A program made the position numbers and the translations under genes. Shown one piece after another: positions 48,555 to 58,334 of a DNA stretch of 64,000 nt (positions are counted from its first letter, which is position 1; every line of letters starts with the position of its first letter). The stretch is from the NCBI GenBank assembly GCA_016839585.1, contig JAEOTZ010000070.1, forward strand, positions 1 to 64,000, written 5' to 3'. The stretch is from Promethearchaeota archaeon (lineage in GTDB: Archaea; Asgardarchaeota; Lokiarchaeia; Sigyniarchaeales; SOKP01). The notes under the pieces were generated by a model that was given only the letters and a program-made list of their open reading frames with translations, did not search any database and was not told the DNA's origin.

Positions 48555-49853
48555 CTGCAAAAAGTTATTGATGTTTGTACAAGGGTTGAGGGGCACGGTA
48601 ATGTAAAAATTTTTATTCAAAATGATGATATTTCGAGTGTGGAATTTGAAATTTCAGCCTTCAGGGGATTTGAAAATATATTAATAGGTAAAAAATTATC
48701 AGATGTTCCTAAAATTATCTCTAGAATATGTGGATTATGCCATGCATCCCAGACTATAGTAAGTTGTAAAGGCATTGAAGAAATGTATAAAATTAAAGTT
48801 AATCGACAATCTATTCTAATAAGAAGGCTCTTAATGTCAGGAGAGTTATTGAAATCACATACTATGCATTACTTTTTCCAATCCTTACCAGATCTCTTAA
48901 ATATTTTTGATATCTATAAAAAACCTCTTGATGTTAATGATTTAATAAAATTTCACCCGCAATTAACATCACACATATATGATATAATTAAAATAGGAAA
49001 TGATATAGATTATCTCTTTGGAGGGAGATCAGTTCATACAATAACTCCTATCCCAGGGGGAACTGTTTACAGACCATCACAAAATAAGAAAAATATAATC
49101 AAAAAGTATTTTTTAAAAGTTTTAAGCAATTTAGAATGGATTATTGAAAACTACATTGATTTATTCTCAAAATTTAACCCTCCAGAAGATTTTATAATCC
49201 CAAATGTTAATTTCCTTTCATTAAATAATAATAGATCCTATGATAGATATGATGGTATTATTACTATAAAAAAGGACTTAGCAAAACGTCAGGACTTCGG
49301 ATTAGAAGAATATTTTAATTACTTTGACAAAGATCCTACAATACGGGGTATTGATTTTGCTGATAAAGATCATAATTTCTTAGTTGGCCCAATTTCTCGA
49401 AACCAGGTTGTAGAAAGTTATGGATCAGATGAAATTTCTGAATATTTAAGTCTTTTTGATAAAAAATGGAGAAATAATATTCTATATGCGCCCTTTTTAA
49501 GATTAATTGAGATGTATGTTGAATCACAAAATTCATTAAAAATTTTGGAGGATCCTATTCTAAAAAGTACCATTCCTCTTCCAAATCTTAAATCAATTAT
49601 TTCTCGAGAAGGGATTGGAGTTGTGGAAGCGCCTAGAGGGTTGCTTATTCATCATTATCGAATAAATAATAAAAATGTTCTTGAAGAAGCTAAATTATTT
49701 ATAGCAACAGAAATAAATATACCACTTATTAACGAGATGATTAGTAATTATGCTCGAAAACTCTACGAAAGAGAAGATTTAAATACAGTTAAGAAAGAAA
49801 TTCAAAAAATTATAAGAGCTTTTGATCCATGTATTTCTTGCGCCACCCACTAA
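48555..49853 (+). CDS. Group 3 [NiFe] hydrogenase large subunit, CTG start
   Basis: CTG after a GGTGA SD adds TRVEGHG; RGFE, RICGLC, EAPRG..IH, DPCISCATH*. Confidence 0.92.
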   Translation: MQKVIDVCTRVEGHGNVKIFIQNDDISSVEFEISAFRGFENILIGKKLSDVPKIISRICGLCHASQTIVSCKGIEEMYKIKVNRQSILIRRLLMSGELLKSHTMHYFFQSLPDLLNIFDIYKKPLDVNDLIKFHPQLTSHIYDIIKIGNDIDYLFGGRSVHTITPIPGGTVYRPSQNKKNIIKKYFLKVLSNLEWIIENYIDLFSKFNPPEDFIIPNVNFLSLNNNRSYDRYDGIITIKKDLAKRQDFGLEEYFNYFDKDPTIRGIDFADKDHNFLVGPISRNQVVESYGSDEISEYLSLFDKKWRNNILYAPFLRLIEMYVESQNSLKILEDPILKSTIPLPNLKSIISREGIGVVEAPRGLLIHHYRINNKNVLEEAKLFIATEINIPLINEMISNYARKLYEREDLNTVKKEIQKIIRAFDPCISCATH

Positions 49854-50204
49854 TATATTAAAACTCAAGTCATTATTTTATCGAGTCCTATCTTTATGGG
49901 GGGAGTTAATTCATATATGAGAGCTTTTATGGAAAGAACTTGGCATTTAAGGAAAGGGCAATTAAAAGGTAAAACCGGTAGCTATATTATTGTTGGTCGG
50001 CGTGATATTGGCTCTGGAATAAATGAGATGGAAGAGTATTTATCACGTCTTAAAGTGAATAAGATTGCGGGCGTTTTAGGCTTCGGCTTCCATGAAAGGG
50101 ATGTTTTAAAAGATGAAGAAGCATTGATAAATATTCAAAGACTAAGTAATCAAATCATTAGTTTAAAAAAGAATAAGAGTGAAACTAATAATCAACTTTT
50201 ATAA
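49854..50204 (+). pseudogene. N-terminally truncated flavodoxin / iron-sulfur flavoprotein
   Basis: VIILSSPIFMGGVNSYMRAFMER..LKGK begins directly at the hydrogenase stop; N-terminal FMN and Cys motifs absent. Confidence 0.65.
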
Positions 50205-50415
50205 ATTAGAAGATTTGATAGTTTCTGACCCGTTAATTGAAGCAGTCGTAGATTTAAGCTTAATACTTTTGAATTGTTCTTTAAGGAAAAAAATTGCTTA
50301 AATTAATTGATCATAATTATAATGTCAATCGACTTCTCAATTATTAGTAAATAGTAAATAAATTTTACAGAGAAATGGAGCAAGATATTCACCAAGAACA
50401 TTTGCAAGTGAAGAT

Positions 50416-50835
50416 ATGATAAATGAAAAATTATTTCCAATCAGTATAAATCCAAATTTATGTGTACGATGTCAAAGCTGTATGTATAGTTGCCCCCAAA
50501 AAGCAATTTTTTTTAAGAATTCAATGCGTTATGTGGATTATAATAAATGTAAGGGGTGCTTAAAGTGTGTGGATGTTTGCGAGCATGGAGCTATTGAAGT
50601 TATTTCCATTGAGGAAGGTCGTCTAAAAGGATTCTTTATTGATTCAGAAAGATGTACGCTTTGTAAGCTTTGCTTAAATGATGATTTTTGTTTTCAAAAT
50701 CTTTTTGAACTCAAAAAAGATAAAAATAGAAGAGATTTTATTTATTTCCGAAAAAAAAATTTTTCAAAATGTAATAAATGTTTAAATTGCTTCAAAAATT
50801 GTCCTAATTCTGCGATTCTACCAGAAATAATCTAA
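50416..50835 (+). CDS. Polyferredoxin (about four [4Fe-4S] motifs)
   Basis: CVRCQSC..CP, CKGCLKC..C, CTLCKLC, CNKCLNC..CP. Confidence 0.88.
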   Translation: MINEKLFPISINPNLCVRCQSCMYSCPQKAIFFKNSMRYVDYNKCKGCLKCVDVCEHGAIEVISIEEGRLKGFFIDSERCTLCKLCLNDDFCFQNLFELKKDKNRRDFIYFRKKNFSKCNKCLNCFKNCPNSAILPEII

Positions 50836-52859
50836 CGATTAATATATTGTACTCTAAATGAGCTCAATTTACCATTCTTTATAATAATCTCTCGATATGC
50901 TCCTGCTGTTTTAGGATTTTTATATCCACCTAATCCTAAAGCAGGAGTTTGAACTATATAAGGTTTATTTTTCTCAATCATTTCTGACGTTGTTAGCATC
51001 TCTGAATAATTATCATAAAAAATAGCTGCTGGATTTTCAATTTTTTTTAATTTAAAAGGAGGGGCGTCATATACATAGGATTTTTCCTTTGGTTCTTCTA
51101 ATCGGAATTCTCGTAATGTATGTGTATGACCTGATAGAGTCAATATACAATAATCTTTACAAAACTTAATGAGTTTCTCCCAATTTGATGATATACATCC
51201 ATATTTTACATTAAATGAGTTATCTATTCTTGCCATTGAGAGCGGTTTTCCCAACTTTTTAAGGAAAGACTCCTTAAAATCCTCAAGCTTCCATTTAAGA
51301 ATTTTGCTACCTTTTTTTCCAAATAGTTGTAAACTATAATGTTTAGTCCCTGTATTTATTGGTGGTCCATGTAAAAAGAGGAAATTGTTAGTTTTTTCAT
51401 TCATTTTGTGATTAATCAAGTTCTCTAAATATTTTATTTGCTTACTAGAAAGACCTGTTACTGATGGATGGCCAGTTAATAAATCTCTTATATTTTTAAA
51501 TGAATCTGCTCCACTATTTAAAAAAATAAACATATTATTCCCCAACATAAAATAAAAATCATTAAATGGATTAATTTCTGATGAATATGCCTTTAACGCA
51601 AAAGGAGATTTTGTTAATGCTGATATGGGGGATGCTGAAAACATTTCATTTAAAGCAATAGCTTCTGCAGCATTTAAACCAATTTTCTTATACATTTCTG
51701 CCCATGTTAAATCATAAGGATAGGGTCGATAATCATGATTACCTACAGTAGTAATGATAGGACAAAGTAATTCTTCACCTTTTTTTACTCCTTTTTGGTT
51801 TTTTTTAGGTATCACATTTAATATTATATTTTTGAAGATCTGCCAATTAGTTTCTTCATATTTAAATTCATTAAGATTTTTAATTTTTTTCGACAATCTG
51901 CTTAAAATTGTATAATCAACAAGATCTCCAGTTAGCACAATAAAGTCTATTTCATTTTTAAGAACCTTTCTATTCATCAATTTAATAAATTTCCTAAATT
52001 GATTGTTTGGGTTAATTAAGCGTTTTCTCAGGGGGATCGTAATTTCTGATAGAGATTTCTCCTTTTGCTTTAGTTTTTTAATCTTTAGTTTTTTCATTGC
52101 TTGCTTTAAAAAATCCTCTACATTTGTTTTAATAGATGATTCAGTCCATTTTTTAATGATTTTATAGATTCGATCGTTTCTTTCTGCTAAATGCAAATCT
52201 GTTGCATGGATAAAAGTGAAATTCTTCCAATCTTGCTTAGATACGACAAGAGAATGATAATTTATTCGATTTTTTGACAAAATTAAATCAAACATAACGA
52301 AATTCCTTTCCTTTAAAAAGTTCCTAATTTCCTTGCTAAGTTTAAATTCTATTCGCACTCTATAGAATTTTTCCAAGTTTGAAAAAACTTGATACTTTAT
52401 TAAATAATCCTGAGGACTAAGACTTTCTAAATAAGAAATATTATTAATTGATATTGTAGATACTATTTTTGCATCTATAATCTTTGGATAAATTGAATTT
52501 CCTCTATAGGCTTTAATCTTTAATTTCTTTAATTTATAATCGACATCGTCGGACTTAAAATCTTGTACACTTTCATCCAATGTATATTTTTTTGCAAAAA
52601 ACTTCATTCTTTTCTTTTTCTTTTTCTTCTTGAAAACCTTTCTTAATTTCCATTTATAATCAAATATTGGGACGAATTGTATATTATCTCCAATAATTTT
52701 CTCAAATTCTTGTTTATCTACTATATTACTTATAAATAATAGCTCAGTTTGGTGAATTTTCGTTTTTAATTTAGGATCAATGCTTAAAAAAGTTGGGTGC
52801 CCCAAATTTGGATTAATGATTAATGATTTTGGTGTTTCTAAAGATTTTTGAGTAATCAA
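50832..52859 (-). CDS. Calcineurin-like metallophosphoesterase
   Basis: TDLH, TGDLVD, GNHD, LHGP, GHTH. Confidence 0.88.
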   Translation of the reverse strand: MITQKSLETPKSLIINPNLGHPTFLSIDPKLKTKIHQTELLFISNIVDKQEFEKIIGDNIQFVPIFDYKWKLRKVFKKKKKKKRMKFFAKKYTLDESVQDFKSDDVDYKLKKLKIKAYRGNSIYPKIIDAKIVSTISINNISYLESLSPQDYLIKYQVFSNLEKFYRVRIEFKLSKEIRNFLKERNFVMFDLILSKNRINYHSLVVSKQDWKNFTFIHATDLHLAERNDRIYKIIKKWTESSIKTNVEDFLKQAMKKLKIKKLKQKEKSLSEITIPLRKRLINPNNQFRKFIKLMNRKVLKNEIDFIVLTGDLVDYTILSRLSKKIKNLNEFKYEETNWQIFKNIILNVIPKKNQKGVKKGEELLCPIITTVGNHDYRPYPYDLTWAEMYKKIGLNAAEAIALNEMFSASPISALTKSPFALKAYSSEINPFNDFYFMLGNNMFIFLNSGADSFKNIRDLLTGHPSVTGLSSKQIKYLENLINHKMNEKTNNFLFLHGPPINTGTKHYSLQLFGKKGSKILKWKLEDFKESFLKKLGKPLSMARIDNSFNVKYGCISSNWEKLIKFCKDYCILTLSGHTHTLREFRLEEPKEKSYVYDAPPFKLKKIENPAAIFYDNYSEMLTTSEMIEKNKPYIVQTPALGLGGYKNPKTAGAYREIIIKNGKLSSFRVQYINR

Positions 52860-53030
52860 CTTCTACAAATCTAGGGTATAAATTTTATTTAAATTATTAA
52901 ATATGTCCTAATAAATAATGATTAACTTTAATATAGTTATTTATTATAATATTTCCAGAAATTTTCATTTAAATTTATAATGAGAAGGAAATGTAAACAA
53001 CAAACGATTAAAAATCGAAGGAACTCTTAT

Positions 53031-53330
53031 TTATTTACCTTCTATATTAGCTAAATTCACAAATATCACATTATCTCCACGTACAACAATGGATCCTAAG
53101 TTTTCATGCTCCTCCCTTATGTTACCATCCTCATCTTGATATTCAAAAATCTGGCTAGTTTCTTCAAGGTAAAGATTCAGGTGTTCATCGAAACCTTCGA
53201 GTTTAGGGTGATCCAGAAAACTGGTAAATCATCTCCCTCTGAACAACCTATTTCGCTTTACCTTTATTAGAATTATTTGATTTATAGAATCTTTTAAATA
53301 ATCGATTGGTCTATTAGATCTTCTTTCCAT
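53031..53330 (-). CDS. Sm/Lsm protein (SmAP), two exons: 53330-53233 and 53202-53031; 89 aa after splicing
   Basis: MERRSNRPIDYLKDSINQIILIKVKRNRLFRG|RLEGFDEHLNLYLEE...LGSIVVRGDNVIFV (Sm1 and Sm2 motifs); missed by the ORF track because of an intronic TGA. Confidence 0.92.
53203..53232 (-). other. 30-nt bulge-helix-bulge mRNA intron
   Basis: AGGG/CCCU 4-bp helix with AGA and AAA 3-nt bulges; inner UGAU/AUCA and CCAG-UUUU-CUGG; removal deletes the in-frame UGA. Confidence 0.85.
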
Positions 53331-53465
53331 CTTTTAAAAACTCGATAAAACAATTATTAATGAAAAAACTATTTATAATTACAATTAAATTAAAACTAAT
53401 TAAAACCTTTTGATTATTTTTATATTCTTATACATTAAAATGTAATCAAAAAATATCTGATAATA

Positions 53466-53618
53466 TTGAATGAAGAAAATAATAAGAAAAAAATAGTAAC
53501 ATGTTGCGTAATGAATTGTCAAGCAGAAGTACTAATTGAAAAAGCAATTATAATCGAAGGAAAATGTTTTTGTCCCTCTTGTGGTACGGCCTATTATCGA
53601 AGTATTCTAAATTTATAA
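53466..53618 (+). CDS. 50-aa zinc-finger microprotein
   Basis: TTG start; MNEENNKKKIVTCCVMNCQAEV...IEGKCFCPSCG; below the ORF-track cutoff. Confidence 0.65.
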   Translation: MNEENNKKKIVTCCVMNCQAEVLIEKAIIIEGKCFCPSCGTAYYRSILNL

Positions 53619-53700
53619 TTTCATTCTAGATTTAAAATATTAATCGTTTAAGTTTTTATTCAATAATACTTTTATTAGATAATAGAGTACCGCATTTTTT

Positions 53701-53808
53701 AGGCCCGTGGCCCAGACTGGATAAGGCGGCAGCCTCCTAAGCTGAAGATCGGGGGTTCAATGAGATTCGCCTTGGGCGAATTCCGAACAAATCCCCCCGG
53801 GCCTGCCA
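53701..53808 (+). tRNA. tRNA-Arg(CCT) with 30-nt BHB intron in the T-loop (53761-53790, position 58/59); CCA encoded
   Basis: AGGCCCG/CGGGCCT acceptor stem, CT-CCT-AA anticodon loop, GGGGG/CCCCC T-stem; GUUC/GAAC helix with AAU and AAA bulges. Confidence 0.93.
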
Positions 53809-53855
53809 TTTTTTAAATTTGAAACTTTTTAAGGTATTGTATTTTTTTCAAACTA

Positions 53856-55796
53856 ATGAAAGAAAAATGTGTTACTGATTTCTCATATTTAAAATTAGTA
53901 GTAAGACCAAGATTTCCAAAATTCCTGCGAAGAATCATTTCGATCTTTATGAGATCTATACCTTTTGTAAAGATTGCAAGAATGATTCTGGGTATTGGTT
54001 TTCCCAAAAATGGTGTTAAAAGATACCCTGAATGTTTTGTAAAATTAAAGGATGGAACAAGATTAGCTACTGATATATACGTGCCAAAGAATATTTTTAA
54101 AGAAAAGGGGAAATGTGCTACAATCTTAGTGCGTTTACCTTATTGGAAAGATAGTTTCAGCATGTTGGGATATGCTTATGCTGCTTATGGGTTTGTAGCG
54201 ATTATACAAGATATACGTGGGACAGGTCATTCTGATGGGTTCAATTATTATTTATTTACAGAAAGAGAAGATGGATTAGAAATGCTTGAATGGATTACTA
54301 AACAATATTGGTATAATGGAAAGATTGGAATGGCTGGAGCAAGTTATTTTGGAATAACACAACTTGCGTTGTCTTGGGATAATGAGTATTTAACTTGTAT
54401 TTCCCCTGCCATCACCTCAACTTTGAATTTATGGAAAAATAATGGAGGTCTCGAAATTCATTCCCTAACGACTTCAATTTATAGAATAATGGTTAATATA
54501 GTAGCTCATCGTGAAATTCCTGATGTGGATACTTTAACGACTTTAATGCAGGAAAGATATTTAAATCCCAGATATGGGTTATTCAATGATCCTATTAAAA
54601 AGCAAACTCGTATTAAACTTTCTCAATTAAAAGGAAAATCTATTAAAGAAGTTCAAGATCTCTTAGTCGCTTATTATAATGTTGAAAATTTTGATTCTTC
54701 TAAACGAAATTTTAAGACATACTTCAAATTTCTAAATGATTTCTTAATAACTCGTGGTTTGGACAAGGATACTGAAAAAATGTCCGGATTCTTAGAAATG
54801 GATGCAAAAAAATTTTCACAACCTGCATTGATGCTAGCTGGCTGGCAAGACATGTTTTTTGAAAAACAATTGGAAGATTTTTTAGAAATTAAAGCTAATG
54901 CTATAGGGGAAGCAAAAAAATATTCAAAATTGGTAATAGGTTCATGGGCTCATGGAGCGAGTGGACATCCTGAGAGCAAACTTCGAAATTCTGGGATGCC
55001 ACGATTTTTTAAGGATTTTTTAAACATTGATTGGAATCGTTATTGGCTAATGGATGATAAGAATGCCTTTCCTGAGATTAATAAACCTTCAATTAAATAT
55101 TGGATCATGGGAAAAAACTGTTGGAGATATACGGAAGATTGGCCTCCAAAGAATCTAAAATATCAAAGACTTTATATTCATTCTAATGGTAATGCTAATA
55201 GCGTTAAAGGTGATGGAACTCTTAGTTTTGAAGAGCAATATGAGGAACCGGAAGATACTTATATCTTTGATCCGATGAATCCGGTTATAACTAAAGGTGG
55301 AAGAAATCTAGGAATTTTGAAGGGAGCCCAAGATCAAAAAGAAGCAGAAAATCGAGAAGATGTACTTGTATATTCTACAGAACCATTAGAAAAGGGAATA
55401 GAAATTATTGGCTCTGTTAAAATGATACTTTATGCATCTTCTTCAGCAAAAGATACTGATTATATGGCAAAATTAGTTGATGTCTTTCCCAATGGTAAAG
55501 CTTATAATATTTTGGATGCTGGAATTCGAGCTCGTTATAGAGATAGAGTAGATATTCCCTTACTTATCCAACCTGGAGAAGTATATAAATACGAGATAGA
55601 ATTAGGAAATACTTCTAACTATTTTAGAAAAGGACATCAAATCAGTATTGAAATAACTTCCAGTAATTTTCCTAGATTTGATATCAATTCAAATTTAGGA
55701 GGAATTGGTAAACCTGGTGAGTATTTAGTTGCAGAACAAAAAATCTTTCATGATCGAGAATTTCCTAGTCATCTTTTAATTCCTGTTTTTAAATAA
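53856..55796 (+). CDS. CocE/NonD family serine hydrolase (S15)
   Basis: DGTRLATDIY, RLPY, QDIRGTG.SDG, GASYFG, GWQD, GSWAH, SSNFPRFD. Confidence 0.93.
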   Translation: MKEKCVTDFSYLKLVVRPRFPKFLRRIISIFMRSIPFVKIARMILGIGFPKNGVKRYPECFVKLKDGTRLATDIYVPKNIFKEKGKCATILVRLPYWKDSFSMLGYAYAAYGFVAIIQDIRGTGHSDGFNYYLFTEREDGLEMLEWITKQYWYNGKIGMAGASYFGITQLALSWDNEYLTCISPAITSTLNLWKNNGGLEIHSLTTSIYRIMVNIVAHREIPDVDTLTTLMQERYLNPRYGLFNDPIKKQTRIKLSQLKGKSIKEVQDLLVAYYNVENFDSSKRNFKTYFKFLNDFLITRGLDKDTEKMSGFLEMDAKKFSQPALMLAGWQDMFFEKQLEDFLEIKANAIGEAKKYSKLVIGSWAHGASGHPESKLRNSGMPRFFKDFLNIDWNRYWLMDDKNAFPEINKPSIKYWIMGKNCWRYTEDWPPKNLKYQRLYIHSNGNANSVKGDGTLSFEEQYEEPEDTYIFDPMNPVITKGGRNLGILKGAQDQKEAENREDVLVYSTEPLEKGIEIIGSVKMILYASSSAKDTDYMAKLVDVFPNGKAYNILDAGIRARYRDRVDIPLLIQPGEVYKYEIELGNTSNYFRKGHQISIEITSSNFPRFDINSNLGGIGKPGEYLVAEQKIFHDREFPSHLLIPVFK

Positions 55797-55825
55797 AAAG
55801 CTCAACTATTAACTGAAATCTTTTC

Positions 55826-56113
55826 TTAAAATATTTTCTCTGAGTATAGTTTCAATTTATTTCCAAATTTTTTAAAAATTAGATTTAAAGGCAATTCTAA
55901 ATCAGAATTCCCTAACATCTTACCCTCTTCATTGCTAATAAATACATCCTTTTCCTTTACTTTTAACTCTTTTAATATTGGAACATAAAATTCTTTTAAG
56001 TTCTTCCTTAAATTTTTATCTGATATTGCAATTTTAATAATCTCTCCACTTTGGATAATTTTAAGAGAGAGATATTTATTTTCTAATTTCCCTTTTTTGC
56101 TCATTTTATTCAA
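55826..56113 (-). CDS. Small hypothetical protein, possible beta-grasp fold
   Basis: 95 aa, beta-beta-alpha pattern with NEEGKML; no C-terminal GG. Confidence 0.5.
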   Translation of the reverse strand: MNKMSKKGKLENKYLSLKIIQSGEIIKIAISDKNLRKNLKEFYVPILKELKVKEKDVFISNEEGKMLGNSDLELPLNLIFKKFGNKLKLYSEKIF

Positions 56114-56290
56114 AAAGATATGAAGCCTTTAAGATTAAAAAGTTTTATTGATTCTATGTTAAAAGAAATTCAAATTGCTAGATTTTTCACAAGTCGATTG
56201 GAATCTTAATACATATCGAACTGATAATACGGATTGAAAAGCTATAAATACGACCTCATCAATATCATATAATGCCTAAAAAATAAAGAG

Positions 56291-58030
56291 GTGAAAAATT
56301 TGCCAAAAAGAATTTTAAGAGTAAATATGAGTAATCTAGAGGCTAAATTTGAAGATTTACCTGAAGAATATAAAACACTGGGTGGACGTGGTATGACTTC
56401 AACTATAGTAGCCAAAGAAGTCCCTGCAACCTGTGATCCACTAGGTCCTCATAATAAGTTGGTTTTAGCTCCTGGAATCGTAACTGGAACTGCTGCTCCA
56501 AGCTCAGGGAGAATTTCCGTTGGTGGAAAATCACCTTTAACTGGTACTATTAAGGAGGCTAATTCTGGAACTCCTTTCTCTCAAATGGTAGCAAGAATGC
56601 GTATAGGTGCTATAATTATAGAGGGCAAGCATGAAGGAGATGATTATTACTTATTAAAAGTGACTAATGATGGTGCCGAATTTATTAATGCAAATAAATG
56701 GTTTGGGAAAGGCTTATATGGGGTTTATAAAGATCTATATAAGCAATTTGGAGATAAAGTGGGTATTTGCGGTGTTGGAATAGCAGCTGAACTTCTTGGA
56801 GGTAATTCGGGAGTATGTTTTGGTGACCCTGAAGGATTACCCAGTAGATATGCAGGAAGAGGTGGTTTAGGTGCAGTTATGGCATCTAAAGGTCTGAAAT
56901 TTATTGTTGTGGATGAAACTGGTGCTCTAGGAGTGGAGATTGCAAATCAAGAAATCTTTAAGCAAGGAATTAAAAAACTTAGAGATGCACTTACAACGCA
57001 TGATGTTACTAAACCTGGGGGTGCTCTCAATACATATGGGACTGCTGTATTAGTTAACATTATAAATGAAGCAGGCGGATTACCTCAAAGAAATTTCTCA
57101 AGTGGTCAAGATTCTCGATCTGAGAAAGTTTCTGGTGAAGCAAAGGCTGCAGAAATTGAGAAGAGAGGTGGTCAACGACCTCACTTTTGTAATCCTGGTT
57201 GCATAATACAATGTTCTGAAGTCTGGGTAAAACCAGGAGGAAAAGATCCAGTTGGAGTATTAGAGTATGAAAGTGTCTGGGCTCTTGGTCCTAATAGTGG
57301 AATTTATGACTTAGATGAAATAGGTGAATTAAATCGAGCTTGTAATGATTTAGGGATGGACACAATCGAAACAGGAGATACTATTGCCGTGGCAATGGAA
57401 GGTGGCTTAATAAATTTCGGAGATGGAAAAGGTGCTCTTAAACTAATGGAGGAAATTCGTAAAAAAACCCCTACTGGAAAAATATTAGCTAATGGAACAG
57501 AAATTACTGGTAAAGTATTGGGAGTAACTAGGATACCTACAGTTAAAGGACAGTCATTACCTGCTTATGATCCAAGAGCTATAAAGGGGATAGGTGTTAC
57601 TTATGCTACTACCCCTATGGGGGCTGACCACACAGCAGGTTATGCTATCGCTCCTGAAATATTAGGAGTAGGAGGTCAATTAGATCCAAGAGACCCTAAT
57701 AAAGCAGAGGTTTCTCGTAATTTACAGCTTGCCACCGCGGCTGTTGATGCAACAGGATACTGTCTTTTCATTGCTTTTGCGGTACTTGATATTCCTGAAG
57801 GTTTAGAAGGCGTAGTAGAATCTTTAAATGGTGTCTTAGGAGCAAATTTAACTGTTGATGATGTAGCACCAATTGGAAAGTCAATTATCGACACAGAACT
57901 TGATTTCAATAAGAGGGCAGGATTTACTAATATACATGATAGACTACCTGAATTCTTCCTAGAGGAAAAACTACCTCCAACTGATGAAGTATTCAATGTA
58001 ACGGATGAAGATTTAGATAGCGTATTTTAA
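56291..58030 (+). CDS. aor: Tungsten aldehyde:ferredoxin oxidoreductase
   Basis: ILRVNM, LGGRG, KSPLTG.I.EAN.G, GRGGLGAVM.SK, C..GC...C, EYES, GMDTI, PAYDPR, GADH. Confidence 0.93.
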   Translation: MKNLPKRILRVNMSNLEAKFEDLPEEYKTLGGRGMTSTIVAKEVPATCDPLGPHNKLVLAPGIVTGTAAPSSGRISVGGKSPLTGTIKEANSGTPFSQMVARMRIGAIIIEGKHEGDDYYLLKVTNDGAEFINANKWFGKGLYGVYKDLYKQFGDKVGICGVGIAAELLGGNSGVCFGDPEGLPSRYAGRGGLGAVMASKGLKFIVVDETGALGVEIANQEIFKQGIKKLRDALTTHDVTKPGGALNTYGTAVLVNIINEAGGLPQRNFSSGQDSRSEKVSGEAKAAEIEKRGGQRPHFCNPGCIIQCSEVWVKPGGKDPVGVLEYESVWALGPNSGIYDLDEIGELNRACNDLGMDTIETGDTIAVAMEGGLINFGDGKGALKLMEEIRKKTPTGKILANGTEITGKVLGVTRIPTVKGQSLPAYDPRAIKGIGVTYATTPMGADHTAGYAIAPEILGVGGQLDPRDPNKAEVSRNLQLATAAVDATGYCLFIAFAVLDIPEGLEGVVESLNGVLGANLTVDDVAPIGKSIIDTELDFNKRAGFTNIHDRLPEFFLEEKLPPTDEVFNVTDEDLDSVF

Positions 58031-58046
58031 AAGACAATTTAGAAAA

Positions 58047-58334
58047 ATGACAATTCAAGTAAAACTATTCGGAGACTTAAGGAAAAAAACACATCAAAAA
58101 ATAACTCAAGTAGGATCACCGGTTATTTTAGATATGGATAATACAGAGGTTACATATATTTCAGATATCTTGATAAAGTTGAACATTAATGAAAATGAAG
58201 TGACTCATATATTTGTCAATCACAGATACTCAGGATTTCATAAAAAAGTAGAAAATGGAGATCTAATCGCTTTATTTCCAAAAAACATGGGATTGTTATA
58301 TAAATGGTATTTTAAGAGAGAAGAAGATGATTAA
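58047..58334 (+). CDS. MoaD/ThiS-like protein lacking C-terminal GG
   Basis: IQVKLFGDLR...IFVN...GDLIALFP followed by KNMGLLYKWYFKREEDD. Confidence 0.75.
   Translation: MTIQVKLFGDLRKKTHQKITQVGSPVILDMDNTEVTYISDILIKLNINENEVTHIFVNHRYSGFHKKVENGDLIALFPKNMGLLYKWYFKREEDD

Noticed and set aside
53229-53231. Sm-gene UGA as selenocysteine readthrough
   Set aside because: Readthrough would leave 10 extra residues inside the Sm1 strand at a non-Cys position; BHB excision restores the motif exactly
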